A stretch of 64,000 nt of DNA from Macrostomum hystrix (Eukaryota; Animalia; Platyhelminthes). The notes beneath the pieces were generated by a model, which made no database searches, had not been told where the DNA came from, and saw only the letters and a program-made list of their open reading frames with translations. The stretch spans positions 12,400,001-12,464,000 of the forward strand of contig CATNEN010000001.1 of NCBI GenBank assembly GCA_950097015.1, read 5' to 3'. Position 1 is the stretch's first letter. Each line of letters starts with the position of its first letter. Positions 26,455 to 50,486 of this stretch are shown here, piece by piece. Position numbers and translations under genes: made by a program.

Positions 26455-28870
26455 CTTACTTTCCCTGACTCTTACCCTCCCTGACTTTTACTCTCCCTGA
26501 CTCTCAGTCTCCCTGGCTCTTTCTCTCCCTGACTCTTTCTCTCCCTGACTCTCAGCCTCCCTGACTTTTACTCTCCCTGACTCTCAGTCTCCCTGGCTCT
26601 TTCTCTCCCTGACTCTTTCTCTCCCTGACTCTCAGTCTCCCTGACTTTTACTCTCCCTGACTCTCAGTCTCCCTGGCTCTTTCTCTTCCTGACTCTCAGC
26701 CTCACTGGCTCTTACTCTCCCTGACTCTCAGCCTCACCGGACTCTTACTCTACCTGACTCTCAGCCTCCCTGACTCTCAGCCTCCCTGACTTTTACTCTC
26801 CCTGACTCTCAGTCTCCCTGACTCTTTCTCTCCCTGACTCTCAGCCTCCCCCGACTCTAACTCTCCCTGATTCCTAATCTCCCTGACTCTTACCCTTCCT
26901 GACTCACCCTCCCGGACTCTTACTCTCCCTGACTCACCCTCCCGGACTCTTACTCTCCCTGACTCTCAGCCTGACTCTCAGCGTCCCTGACTCTTACCCT
27001 TCCTGACTCTTACCCTCCCTGACGCTTACTCTCCCTGACTCTCAGTCTCCCTGACTCACCCTCCCTGACTCTTACTCTCCCTGACTCACCCTCCCTGACT
27101 CTTACTCTCCCTGACTCACCCTCCCGGACTCTTACTCTCCCTGACTCTCAGCCTGACTCTCAGCGTCCCTGACTCTTACCCTCCCTGACGCTTACTCTCC
27201 CTGACTCTCAGCCTCCCTGACTTTTACTCTCCCTGACTCTCAGTCTCCCTGGCTCTTTCTCTCCCTGACTCTCAGTCTCCCTGGCTCTTTCTCTCCCTGA
27301 CTCTCAGCCTCCCTGACTCTCAGCCTCCCTGACTCTCAGCCTCCCTGACTCTCAGCCTCCCTGACTCTCAGCCTCCCTGACTCTCAGCCTCCCTGACTCT
27401 CAGCGTCCCTGACTCTTACCCTTCCTGACTCTTACTCTCCCTGACTCTTTCTCTCCCTGACTCTCAGCCTCCCCCGACTTTAACTCTCCCTGATTCCTAA
27501 TCTCCCTGACTCTTATCCTTCCTGACTTTTACTCTCCCTGACTCACCCTCCCTGACTCTTACTCTCCCTGACTCTTACTCTCCCTGACTCTTACTCTCCC
27601 TGACTCTCAGCCTGACTCTTACCCTCCCTGACTCTTATTCTCCCTGACTCTATCTATCTATCTGCAGGGGGGCCCGGGGCACTTGTCGCACAAGCGACGG
27701 AGCGGCACGCCCCCAGACCGGCGAACTAGGCGCTTTAGCGCCCATCGCGCCGCCTCCCCTGAGCAGGCACCACACGCAGCAGCACAGACCAGCCGGGGAG
27801 GGCAGGAGGCACCCAGAATAGGCAGCAGTGTCCCCCACCCCCGCCCCACACGCACAGAGCAGACCAAGCCAGGGCGGAAGGCTGATAAGAAATCAGTCCT
27901 CAGGGGGGGGGCCGGGTGATGAGTGTACACTTATCCAATCGCGCTGACGGAATTCCAGAGAGCGCGCGGCGGTGTACTCCCGCCCTCCAGCCACCCCCGC
28001 AAGGTCTAACGCCCCAGCGCCAACGCATAAACTCATACAATGCAGAACAGGCACACAGAAAGGTAGGAGCGAAGCTATTATTTCAAGCTTTGATTGCACG
28101 AAATATGGTGCACCTCCGCCGGTCGCTACTGTCCAAACCCACCAACAAGTCCCGAAATTAATCGTGTCTTGAAGGGTGAATCGAACTAGCGTCCTTTGGA
28201 GTGCGAGGCAGCGACGTTAGCCGCTGACCCACTCGCCGCTGACCCACTTCTCCCTGACTCTCAGCGTCCCTGACTCTTACCCTTCCTGACTCTTACCCTC
28301 CCTGACGCTTACTCTCCCTGACTCTCAGCCTCACTGGCTTTTACTCTCCCTGACTCTCAGTCTCCCTGGCTCTTTCTCTCCCTGACTCTCAGCCTCCCCC
28401 GACTCTAACTCTCCCTGATTCCTAATCTCCCTGACTCTCAGTCTCCCTGGCTCTTTCTCTCCCTGACTCTCAGCCTCCCCCGACTCTAACTCTCCCTGAT
28501 TCCTAATCTCCCTGACTCTTACCCTTCCTGACTCTTACCCTCCCTGACTCTTACTCTCCCTGACCCTTACTCTCCCTGACTCTTACTCTCCCTGACTCTC
28601 AGCGTCCCTGACTCTTACTCTCCCTGACTCTTACTCTCCCTGACTCTTACTCTCCCTGACTCTTACTCTCCCTGACTCTTACTCTCCCTGACTCACCCTC
28701 CCGGACTCTTACTCTCCCTGACTCTTACTCTCCCTGACTCTTACTCTCCCTGACTCACCCTCCCGGACTCTTACTCTCCCTGACTCTCAGCCTGACTCTT
28801 ACCCTCCCTGACTCTTACTCTCCCTGACTCTCAGTCTCCGCGACTCTCGCTCTCCCTGCGTCGCTCTTCC
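26455..28870. repeat. CT-rich satellite (CTCCCTGACTCT(T/C)A core, ~17 bp) interrupted by a SINE
   Basis: Continuous array on both sides of 27650-28248. Confidence 0.9.
27650..28248 (-). mobile_element. tRNA-derived SINE, family C (~600 bp, (AGAT)n tail)
   Basis: Minus strand begins AGTGGGTCAGCGGCTAACG (A box)...GTTCGATTC (B box), has a GC-rich body, and ends CAGATAGATAGATAG. Confidence 0.65.
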
Positions 28871-29490
28871 TGACTCTCACTTTCCAGACTTTTTGCCTGA
28901 CTCTCATTGTCTCAGACCATGCCATGTTTTCACTCTAGCTTTTATTTTGACCATCTTCGTCGCTGTTTGTTGCTCCATATGGTCGGTTAGTTAATGTCTT
29001 TGAAGTTCAAATGACAGTTCAAATTCTCCGTAAATAAGCCCACTTTTGGCCTGAGGTCCTAGCCCTATAGTTAATTAGGCAAGCATTAAGCGCTTATGCT
29101 AACCTCCGTCTACCTATTATTTGGTTTTTTGCTTTGTGTTCATTTGAATAAGCGTATGCGGTATGCTTAGCGAGCTCTAGAATACAGAACTCGCGGATTT
29201 TAAACAGAGACAGACGAAACTGAGTACGCGGCATCGAGCTGTACATTGCAGCTGTACAATGCAGTGTGACAGGACATTCGTAACTTGTTCTCTCTACCTC
29301 TCAGCCTTACCTCCAAAGTATTCTGCGAACCGTTTTTTACTATCTATTAGCATTTATTCTTACGGATGCAGGTAATTTGCAGATAAAAAACACAAACGCG
29401 ACTAAAACGAAACAGGAAAATCACACAAACGTCTTGTCGAATCAACAACAAGAACAAACGAGCAATCTTCTAACTACAGTTGAAGCTAAA

Positions 29491-32400
29491 ATGCAGTCCC
29501 GAACGAAACCACTTCTGATTCTGTTGCTGCTGCTGCTGATGCCGATGCTGCTAGCGACTTTCTGCTCTGCCGGTACATTCACAAACTTCTATATTTATTG
29601 AACGTACTAAATTAGATTCTCGATCTACTCATTCTGACACACCAGCAGTAGGTTATTGCACACCTGAACTCGTTCTAACACACCAACAGTTGGTTATTGT
29701 ACACCTTAACTCATTCTAACACACCAGCTGTAGGCTATTGTACACCTGAACTCGTTCTGACACACCAGCAGTAGGTTATTGCACACCTGAACTCGTTCTA
29801 ACACACCAACAGTTGGTTATTGTACACCTTAACTCATTCTAACACACCAGCTGTAGGCTATTGTACACCTGAACTCGTTCTGACACACCAGCAGTTGGTT
29901 ATTTTACACCTTAACTCATTCTCACACACCAGCTGTAGGCTATTGTACACCTGAACTCGTTCTGACACACCAACAGTAGGTTATTGTACACCTGAACTCG
30001 TTCTGACACACCAACAGTAGGTTATTGTACACCTTAACTCATTCTCACACACCAGCTGTATGCTATTGTACACCTGAACGCGTTCTGACACACCAACAGT
30101 AGGCTATTGTACATCTGAACTCGTTCTGACACACCAACAGTAGGATATTGTACACCTGAACTCGTTCTGAAACACCAACAGTTGGTTATTGTACACCTGA
30201 ACTCATTCTCACACACCAGCTGTATGCTATTGTACACCTGAACTCGTTCTGACACACCAACAGTAGGCTATTGTACACCTGAACTCGTTCTGACACACCA
30301 ACAGTAGGATATTGTACACCTGAACTCGTTCTGAAACACCAACAGTTGGTTATTGTACACCTGAACTCATTCTCACACACCAGCTGTATGCTATTGTACA
30401 CCTGAAGTCGTTCTGAAACACCAACAGTAGGTTACTGCACACCTTAAATCATTCTAACACACCAAGACGTTCCATAATTTTCATTAATTTTGGGGTTGTG
30501 ACCTTGATTGAATTAAGGTAGGATATTTATCTAGACTTGTCTTAGGAACAAGCCTGTTTCATCAACTCAATTTTGTCATTACCTTTTTGTTGTGAAGGAC
30601 GGAGCAGGGAACAACCGAAATTATTCAGTTTGCTCATGCCGGGTAATGCTAAACCAAAGGAGTTCAGAGTCTACTTCTCCACAATGAGCGAGTTTGTGAG
30701 GAAGAAAGCAACTCAGCTGCTCTACTTCCTGAGGGTCGCTGACAAAGAATTTGATCATCAATTCGTGCCGTCCGAGGTTAGCAAAATGTACACTTGTGTG
30801 TCATAAGTTCATTGTGTCATAAGTTCATTGTGTGTCATGAGGTCATTGTGTGTCATGAGGTCATTGTGTGTCATGAGGCCATTGTGTGTCATGAGGTCAT
30901 TGTGTGTCATGAGGTCATTGTGTGTCATGAGGTCATTGTGTGTCATGAGGTCATTGTGTGTCATGAGGTCATTGTGTATCATGAGGTCATTGTGTATCAT
31001 GAGGTCATTGTGTATCATGAGGTCATTGTGTGTCATGAGGTCATTGTGTGTCATGAGGTCATTGTGTGTCATGAGGTCATTGTGTGTCATGAGGTCATTG
31101 TGTGTCTTGAGGTCACTGTGTGTCATGAGGTCATTGTGTATCATGAGGTCATTTATCATGAGGTCATTGTGTGTCATGAGGTCATTGTGTGTCATGAGGT
31201 CATTGTGTGTCATAAGTTCATTGTGTGTCATGAGGTCATTGTAAATCACAAGATGATTTTGAATCATGAGCTAATTTTACCTCCATAGGGGATAAAAGTG
31301 AGGTGATTGTGTTCAGTGCTAGCTTTTCTTAGCTTTATAATACTTTCTATTGTCACTAGTGCCGCGGTCGTGAATTCACAAGCCGTTAAAAATGTGTTCC
31401 AATCTGTGCTCAGGTGTCCTGCATAGCGAATAGCAGCTATTGCTATGTGTCAGGCAGTCTGCCACAGCTCGAGCCAAACTGGTGCGACTTCGGAGTTGTT
31501 GTGAGTTGAAGAATTGCTCTTACTTGAATTGAACTCAAATCGATTTGGACAAGCATGATTGCCTCAAGCATGGTAAACAGTAGAAAGACACGGGGTATAT
31601 TAATACCCACAATTTTCTTGTTTTTTTTCAGGCATAACATTTTCGCTCACAAAATTTCATCATGTAGCCAAATATTTAAACAGTTAAATAAACTGTTTTC
31701 GAGAGGTTGTAGCCTTGTGGTTAGAGCGTCGGACTCATGACTTGAAGGTCGGGGGTTCGATTCCTGACTCCACTGGAACAATTTGTGTCCTTTAGCAAGA
31801 CACTTAACTCTGCATTGCTTCAGTTCACGCAGCTGTTAAATGGGTGCCAGCATCAGCTGGGATAATTGAGGGTGGGTGTGGCGTCCCCCCCAGTCCATGG
31901 ACTGAACAGCCGTACGCAGCCTTCAGATGCGCCGCGCAATAGCTGCGGCTGTGCTGTCGGCTGCACATCTGGCCTAATAGGACAGGTGTAGTCAATTATT
32001 ATTATTAGTTATTAATTATTATTTAATGTTTTGCATTAAAAAGTTTTTTTTTCATTTCTGACTCAATCTGGAATCGCCATAGAAGTAGCCATGCAGAGCA
32101 ATGTTAGTTATCCTAGTCACCAGGGACTTTCACTAGAATCGGTCATTCTGTTTGGGATCTATCGTGGAGTAGGCAGTGGGTATTCGAAATACCACCCTGG
32201 TGTTTCCCCAGGGAGGGAAATGGCGGGTCTTTTTACAGTTTAATTCGTTTTTGTTTAACTTCCTATTTTTTATTTTCGAATTCAGCTACGCATAGCGACA
32301 ATTAACAATGACTTCTGCGACCCCGGAGACTGTCTGAACATTTACTCGCCTATCGAGTGCGCGATGCGGGGTAAGTGCTCAGCTGCATTGCAGACCTGAG

Positions 32401-33224
32401 ACACCTCAGTCTTCAGAAGACACAGCTCAGTCCTGAGAACACACAGCTCAGTCCTGAGAACACACACAGCTCAGTCCTGAGAACACACAGCTCAGTCCTG
32501 AGAACACACACAGCTCAGTCCTGAGAACACACAGCTCAGTCCTGAGAACACACACAGCTCAGTCCTGAGAACACACACAGCTCAGTCCTGAGAACACACA
32601 CAGCTCAGTCCTGAGAACACACACAGCTCAGTCCTGAGAACACACACAGCTCAGTCCTGAGAACACACACAGCTCAGTCCTGAGAACACACACAGCTCAG
32701 TCCTGAGAACACACACAGCTCAGTCCTGAGAACACACACAGCTCAGTCCTGAGAACAGCTCAGTCCTGAGAACACACACAGCTCAGTGCTACAGTAAATT
32801 CTCCAGCTATCTCACTATTACTCTCGCTGCAGTGCAACAGGATCGCAAGGAATGCCAGGAACGCAATTGGCCATTTGAAGCCTGCAACTACCCGCCGTTT
32901 GTAGAGACTGTAGCGCGACCTAAGCTCAATAATTTGAGTCCGAACTCAACCTGCGTTCACAGTAGGCCAGTGGTCACAGTAGAAACGGTTATGCTAATTG
33001 GCCTGTCACTATTCGCCTTCCTTACGATTGTATTCTCGGTGTTTGTGTACGTGAGAGTTCATCGCTTTCGGCCCAAAACCAGGCTCATTGTGCTGGTACC
33101 AATTGAACGCGGCCAATCACTATACGGCATATGCCTGCCGACTAATGAAGAAGTGGAGAAAGTAAGGAGTTTGCCAGCTTACTCATTCATAGCCACTGTC
33201 GTGCCATTTAAAAAGCCATTGTAA
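29491..33224 (+). CDS. Orphan single-pass type I membrane protein (~274 aa): signal peptide, Cys-rich ectodomain, TM helix, LPAY tail
   Basis: Exons 29491-29572, 30598-30776, 31414-31500, 32286-32370, 32833-33224; all GT-AG and phase-consistent (825 nt). Signal MQSRTKPLLILLLLLLMPMLLATFCSA; TM VMLIGLSLFAFLTIVFSVFVYV followed by RVHRFRPK. Confidence 0.75.
29625..30465. repeat. Intronic minisatellite, 41-bp unit, about 20 copies
   Basis: TGTACACCTGAACTCGTTCTGACACACCAACAGTAGGTTAT. Confidence 0.95.
30794..31242. repeat. Intronic minisatellite, 18-bp unit CATGAGGTCATTGTGTGT
   Basis: About 25 copies; source of the HEVIVC/THNDLM pseudo-ORFs. Confidence 0.95.
31703..32010 (+). mobile_element. tRNA-derived SINE, family B, with CORE-like central segment
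   Basis: GTAGCCTTGTGGTTAGAGCG (A box), GGTTCGATTCC (B box), TGTGTCCTTTAGCAAGACACTTAAC...CAGCTGTTAAATGGG (CORE/MIR-like), (ATT)n tail; other copies at 52737, 41605 and 63900. Confidence 0.8.
32419..32787. repeat. Intronic minisatellite, 21-23-bp unit AGCTCAGTCCTGAGAACACACAC
   Basis: About 16 copies. Confidence 0.95.
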
Positions 33225-33365
33225 GATATGCCTTTTGAATGAATTGGTTCTGAATTGCAAAAAAACGGTTTTGTAAGCAGTAGCAAAAACATTTTTATGT
33301 ATAACCAGCATATATCTAACCATACGTCCGTGTAATCCATCTAAATTATTATTGAATCACTTAAA

Positions 33366-33791
33366 AATCAGCCGTGACCCTCAGAGAGTCACTGACCAAT
33401 CAGCTGTGACCCTCAGAGAGTCACTGACCAATCAGCTGTGACCCTCAGAGAGTCACTGACCAATCAGCTGTGACCCTCAGAGAGTCACTGACCAATCAGC
33501 TGTGACCCTCAGAGAGTCACTGACCAATCAGCTGTGACCCTCAGAGAGTCATTGACCAATCAGCTGTGACCCTCAGAGAGTCACTGACCAATCAGCTGTG
33601 ACCCTCAGAGAGTCACTGACCAATCAGCTGTGACCCTCAGAGAGTCACTGACCAATCAGCTGTGACCCTCAGAGAGTCACTGACCAATCAGCTGTGACTC
33701 TCAGAGTGTCACTGACCAATCAGCTGTGACCCTCAGAGTGTCACTGACCAATCAGCTGTGACCCTCAGAGTGTCACTGACCAATCAGCTGT
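33366..33791. repeat. Minisatellite, 32-bp unit CCAATCAGCTGTGACCCTCAGAGAGTCACTGA, about 13 copies
   Basis: Directly visible tandem copies. Confidence 0.95.
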
Positions 33792-34149
33792 TCAGTAGTG
33801 CCACACTGGCTTTACATTTTTGAGTACTCTTATACTTAGATGTAACCTTCAGCTATGCTCATTATTAATTTCTTTGTAAAAATTATCTGTGATCAGAAGA
33901 ACAATATATTTTTTATAAAAATCTTGTTTTTGATCAATCTTCTTTTGTGATTTTGCATCCGTGATCTTCGCCTAAGTAGTATAAGTAGTATTTTTTTATG
34001 TAAACTACTACTCAGATTTTTTAATGCACCGATTTTTTCTGGCTGCGCAAAATAACAGCTTCTTCTGCTACAAAGTTATCGGCAAAATATACATTTGCTT
34101 ACAGACGCCAAAAAAACACATTTTTAATAGCTCATTTTTTCTTATCACC

Positions 34150-35370
34150 CTCAGACCCCACCTCACACTCCTAACCCTAACTCACACTCCAGACCCCACC
34201 TCAACCCCAGACCACACCTCACACTCCAGACCCCACCTCAACCCCAGACCCCACCTCACACTCCAGACCACACCCCACACTCGAGACCGCACCTCACACT
34301 CCAGACAACACCTCACACTCCAGACCGCACCTCACACTCCAGACCACACCTCACACTCCAGATCACAGCTGACACTCCAGATCACACCCCAAACTCCAGA
34401 CCACACCCCACACTCCAGACCCCACCTCAACCCCAGACCCCAACTCACACTCCAGACCCCACCTCAACCCCAGACCACACCTCACACTCCAGACCCCACC
34501 TCAACCCCAGACCCCACCTCACACTCCAGATCACACCTGACACTCCAGATCACACCCCACACTCCAGACCCCACCTCACACTCCAGACCCCACCTCAACC
34601 CCAGACCCCACCCCACACTCCTAAGCCACACCCCACACTCCAGACCACACCCCACACTCCAGACCACACCCCACACTCCAGACCACACCCCACACTCCAG
34701 ACCACACCCCACACTACAGATCACACCTGACACTCCAGATCACACCCCACACTCCAGACCCCACCTCACACTCCTGACCCCACCCCACACTCCAGACCCC
34801 ACCTGACACCTCCAGACCCCACCTCACACTCCAGACCCCACCTCACACTCCAGACCACACCCCACACTCCAGACCCCACCTGACACCTCCAGACCCACCT
34901 CACACTCCAGACCACACCCCACACTCCAGACCCACCTCACACTCCAGACCACACCCCACACTCCAGATCCACCTCACACTCCAGACCACACCCCACACTC
35001 CAGACCCACCTCACACTCCAGACCACACCCCACACTCCAGACCCACCTCACACTCCAGACCACACCCCACACTCCAGATCCACCTCACACTCCAGACCAC
35101 ACCCCACACTCCAGACCCACCTCACACTCCAGACCCACCTCACACTCCAGACCACACCCCACACTCCAGATCCACCTCACACTCCAGACCACACCCCACA
35201 CTCCAGACCCACCTCACACTCCAGACCACACCCCACACTCCAGACCCACCTCACACTCCAGACCACACCCCACACTCCAGATCCACCTCACACTCCAGAC
35301 CACACCCCACACTCCAGACCCACCTCACACTCCAGACCCACCTGACAACTCCAGACCTCCAAACCTCACG
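34150..35370. repeat. C/A-rich satellite (CCAGACCACACCCCACACT, ~19 bp)
   Basis: Long imperfect tandem array between convergent genes. Confidence 0.9.
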
Positions 35371-35676
35371 TCACCCTCCGGGAAACAAGAGCAGTTAAAG
35401 TCAGTCAACGTTAATATCAGTTTGAAAACATTTTTTGGATAAAAAGTTATTCAGGTATCTGTGTCAATACAGATACAGTGTGTTTATTTCGGTTTTAAAC
35501 AAAAAAGTAAATAGGGCATCCTCAAGTTACCTGTATCTCGGATAATCTACAGATTTATAATTATTATTTGTAAGCTACATCACAGTTTTAAAAAAAGATA
35601 TTAAAAACGGTTAATCGAAGTTTGTCCATTCCAAATGTGTCAACTCGGTGTCGGGTAGCCGGTGCTGAGTGTTGGG

Positions 35677-46410
<10,734 letters not shown>

Positions 46411-46561
46411 TCTCGCTGAGTATTTTTAGGCTTAATGAGTTTAGAATTTTGAGACCATTTTTAATTCTAATAAACGTATTTTGTTTGAGGCTAACAAAGA
46501 TATTACTATTTAAGATATAAAGATATAATATTTATATTAAATAATAGCCATTTAGTCGTTT

Positions 46562-46575
46562 TTTACTCTAGCAAC
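46562..46575 (-). promoter_or_regulatory. RFX X-box-like element upstream of CFAP251
   Basis: GTTGCTAGAGTAAA about 150 bp upstream of the ATG; near match to GTNRCC-N(0-3)-RGYAAC, a motif expected for a ciliary gene. Confidence 0.45.
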
Positions 46576-48254
46576 TGTTTGCGTTTAGGACTGGCTGTGG
46601 TAATAGTATGCTATATAATTATATATATGCTTCATGTAGTTCTAACGAAAACAAAACAATCTATAAACTGTCAATTTATTTGGAATTCTCAAATATTGGC
46701 TTTTTTATTGTTTTTTATAAATAGACAAGTTTCTACATTTGAGTTAAAAAACTCTAATAGTGTGTAATAAACACCTTTCTGGGACATATTTATATTAAGT
46801 AAATCTAATATAAGTAATTTCAATCCTGAAATAGTAAAGACAACTTTACTGACACACAAAAATGAAAGGTTTATAAATATAATGCTTTAAATTAAATTTT
46901 TATTTCCTTTTTTGCACAAAAAACACTTTGAGCGAATTCCCTTTGACAGCAGAACCAAAAATGTATTTATCATAGATATTTAAATAACGCTTTGCTTTTT
47001 TAATACATTTACTAATATTCTATTTGAAATATTATCTTTGCTCCAAAAAGTTAAAAATGCCAGAATATATATTTATTTAAGCGTAAGAAACCAACAGGCA
47101 CCATAAAAAGCTTTGATTCTCAAAAAAGCATTACCCTTGTGAAATACAACTAAACTTTTATCGCAAAATTTATAATATCGCCCTGCATAGTTGGATAAAA
47201 TATCACCATACACAGTTCAAACTAGGTAAGTGAGAAAAAAATAGCTAAGATTGTCATTTTTAAGAAATATAGTACAAGCTAGTACTATAGAAAAAGTTCA
47301 TATTAGAGTTGGAAAGATGCGTAACATTTTTTATTTCTGCGAGCGAAGAAGTTAAAAACTGCTTAGTTGCAATAAAAGGTTGCTAATTTCATGTATTTTT
47401 TCTTTTTTTATTTTATTTTAACTTTTTCGTTCTATAAAAGTTTTTAATACATCCTACATCCGTTTCTTAGGTAAAATATTGTACCTTTTTGTTTTTCTGT
47501 GTACCAGACAAATCCCAAAGGAGACAAAGGTTACTTGTTCTGTACATTGTTCCCAGTTATTCTTAACAAACTTTTTCATGTCTAAAAGAAATGAACCGGT
47601 TTGACAATGTATAAGGCGATAGGTATTTACTATATACCGATCCTAAATTAATTAAAAAAATTCTAAAACTAAAGTCCTTCAATACATTATCATTTTTGTT
47701 GCTTTTATAGTTGAATAAATACATTTATGTGACGTATCGTTCCAAAGCCATTTTTTTTAAAAAAAGCCTAAAATCTTTCTTAGGTCCACACCTTCACATC
47801 ACCTGCGATCTCGCGTAGTTCTTAGAAACTAGCTATAAGCAGTACTTCAGCCTCAACAACATATGAATACACTGCAAATACGTGTACATGAATAAGTATA
47901 TAATATTTTTATGTGCGTTTAAAAATGTGCCTAAACTCGATCCCAACGGATTTTAATGTAATTTAACTCATTTGATTCCCCATTACCTGCCAGTTTTCTG
48001 CATAAGAAGGGAGGCCTCAAGGGGGTCTGAGAAGTCAAAGCGCGTGATTCGATGAGTCATCCATTTAACGACTCAGACCCCTCCAACGCCCACCCCACCT
48101 CCGCTTCCCATTATTCTGTTTTATTGAAGCGTAACGAGAGGTTAACCTTCACATTTCTTCTCAGATTTTCAAATTTAAATAAATAATTTAGCGATTGTTT
48201 AATTAATGACCCTATTACGCAACCACTTTATAATGCCACCTAAGCTCACCAACC

Positions 48255-49575
48255 CAATGAGAGACATGGGGCACAGGAGAGATGAGACAAAGGAGAGATG
48301 AGACACGGGAGAGATGAGACAAGGGAGAAATTGAGAAACGGGATAGACGAGACAGAGATGAGATAAGACAGGGGAGAGCAGAGACACGGGAGAGATAAGA
48401 CACATGAGAGATAAGACACGGGAGAGATGAGACACAGGAGAGATGAGACACGGGAGAGATGAGACAAAGAAGAGATGAGATACGGGAGAGATGAGACACG
48501 GGAGAGATGAGATACGGGAGAGATAAGACACATGAGAGATAAGACACGGGAGAGATGAGACACAGGAGAGATGAGACACGGGAGAGATGAGACAAAGAAG
48601 AGATGAGACACGGGAGAGATGAGACACAGGAGAGATGAGACACGGGAGAGATGAAACAAAGAAGAGATGAGATACGGGAGAGATGAGACAAGGGAGAAAT
48701 TGAGAAACGGGATAGACGAGACAGAGATGAGATAAGACAGGGGAGAGCAGAGACACGGGAGAGATAAGACACATGAGAGATAAGACACGGGAGAGATGAG
48801 ACACAGGAGAGATGAGACACGGGAGAGATGAGACAAAGAAGAGATGAGATACGGGAGAGATGAGACACGGGAGAGATGAGACAAGGGAGAAATTGAGAAA
48901 CGGGATAGACGAGACAGAGATGAGATAAGACAGGGGAGAGCAGAGACACGGGAGAGATAAGACACATGAGAGATAAGACACGGGAGAGATGAGACACGGG
49001 AGAGATGAGACACGGGAGAGATGAGACAAAGAAGAGATGAGATACGGGAGAGATGAGACACGGGAGAGATGAGACACGGGAGAGATGAGACAAAGAAGAG
49101 ATGAGACACGGGAGAGATGAGACACGGGAGAGATGAGATACAGGAGAGATAAGACACGGGAGAGATGAGACACAGGAGAGATGAGACACGGGAGAGATGA
49201 GACAAAGAAGAGATGAGACACGGGAGAGATGAGACACAGGAGAGATGAGACACGGGAGAGATGAGACAAAGAAGAGATGAGATACGGGAGAGATGAGACA
49301 CGGGAGAGATGAGATACGGGAGAGATGAGACACGGGAGAGATGAGACGCAGGAGAGATGAGACACGGGAGAGATGAGACAAAGAAGAGATGAGACACGGG
49401 AGAGATGAGACACAGGAGAGATGAGACACGGGAGAGATGAGACAAAGAAGAGATGAGATACGGGAGAGATGAGACACGGGAGAGATGAGATACGGGAGAG
49501 ATGAGATACGGGAGAGATGAGATACGGGAGAGATGAGACACGGGAGAGATGAGACGCAGGAGAGATGAGACGCAG
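48255..49575. repeat. Purine-rich satellite, 16-bp unit GAGACACGGGAGAGAT, with higher-order blocks
   Basis: Source of three overlapping long pseudo-ORFs. Confidence 0.95.
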
Positions 49576-49614
49576 GAGCCACAGAAGGTGTACTGCAGGT
49601 ATTGGAAGGGACAA

Positions 49615-49678
49615 CGGGCCGGATTTAGGAGCTTAGAAAGCCGCAACTGGCCCGCGGGCCGGAGTTTGCCGACCCCTG
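49615..49678 (-). mobile_element. Single hAT/Charlie-like terminus
   Basis: Minus strand CAGGGGTCGGCAAACTCCGGCCCGCGGGCC; partner end not found. Confidence 0.5.
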
Positions 49679-50486
49679 CGCTAAAGCAAATCGTTTTTCG
49701 GCAAGCCGTCGTCAGAACAAGATCCTCACTCTTTTCACCCGATTCATAGGCCATCTGACTAGAAAACTCCTAATTTCTAGTATTTTAAAACTAAAACATT
49801 TTTACAGGCAGCAGAAGCTGGCACGAAGCCTCTCTAAACAATAGGCCGGGGAAAAGTGGCAAAACTTAAAACTGCTTCAGCTTCTTATTCATTGTAATCA
49901 TTGAAGCGTGACTAGTCCTGAGTAAAAACTTTGGCAAGCGAGATGGTAAGGAATTGGAGATAAGAACAAAAGTTAAAGTGGCTACTCTTATTCTTTTTCT
50001 GTTTTCTGTAACCAGAAATTTTTAAGTTTAAGTTAAACTTAAGTCTGAGTTTAAATTTTAAATGTTAGAGTAATGACGTAGTGATTAATATCGTGAAGCT
50101 TATGATATATTTGTATTTATAAAGATGAAGACTGCTTCGGTAAATGTATCCCGAAGCATGCCATGTTCAACGATGTATAGTTAAACAATAAGGAAATATT
50201 CGGCATTATAGCTTTCTGAATAGGTTTTGCTAGACTAAAATACGAAGTGGCGTCTTCTGAAATTAACTGAAACCTGGGATAGTGTTAGATGAAGTAAGAA
50301 CTTGTTAGATTCCCAATTGTAAGCAGCACTGCCGCCTAGCAACCAACAAACAGGATAAGCAGCCAATACCAGCTTAACTCCAAAACATGCTGCTTAAATG
50401 CTGTCCTTTTGAGCAGAAAATGGGAAAAATGAGACGTAGTCCACAGTGAATTGGATTTAGCCGTAGAGGAAAAAAACTTGCCAAAA

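Noticed and set aside
31703-31775. Functional tRNA genes (also 36722, 52737, 28248)
   Set aside because: Incomplete cloverleafs fused to shared SINE bodies.
48199-49754. Long ORFs of 455-502 aa
   Set aside because: Open in all three frames because of a stop-free 16-bp satellite.
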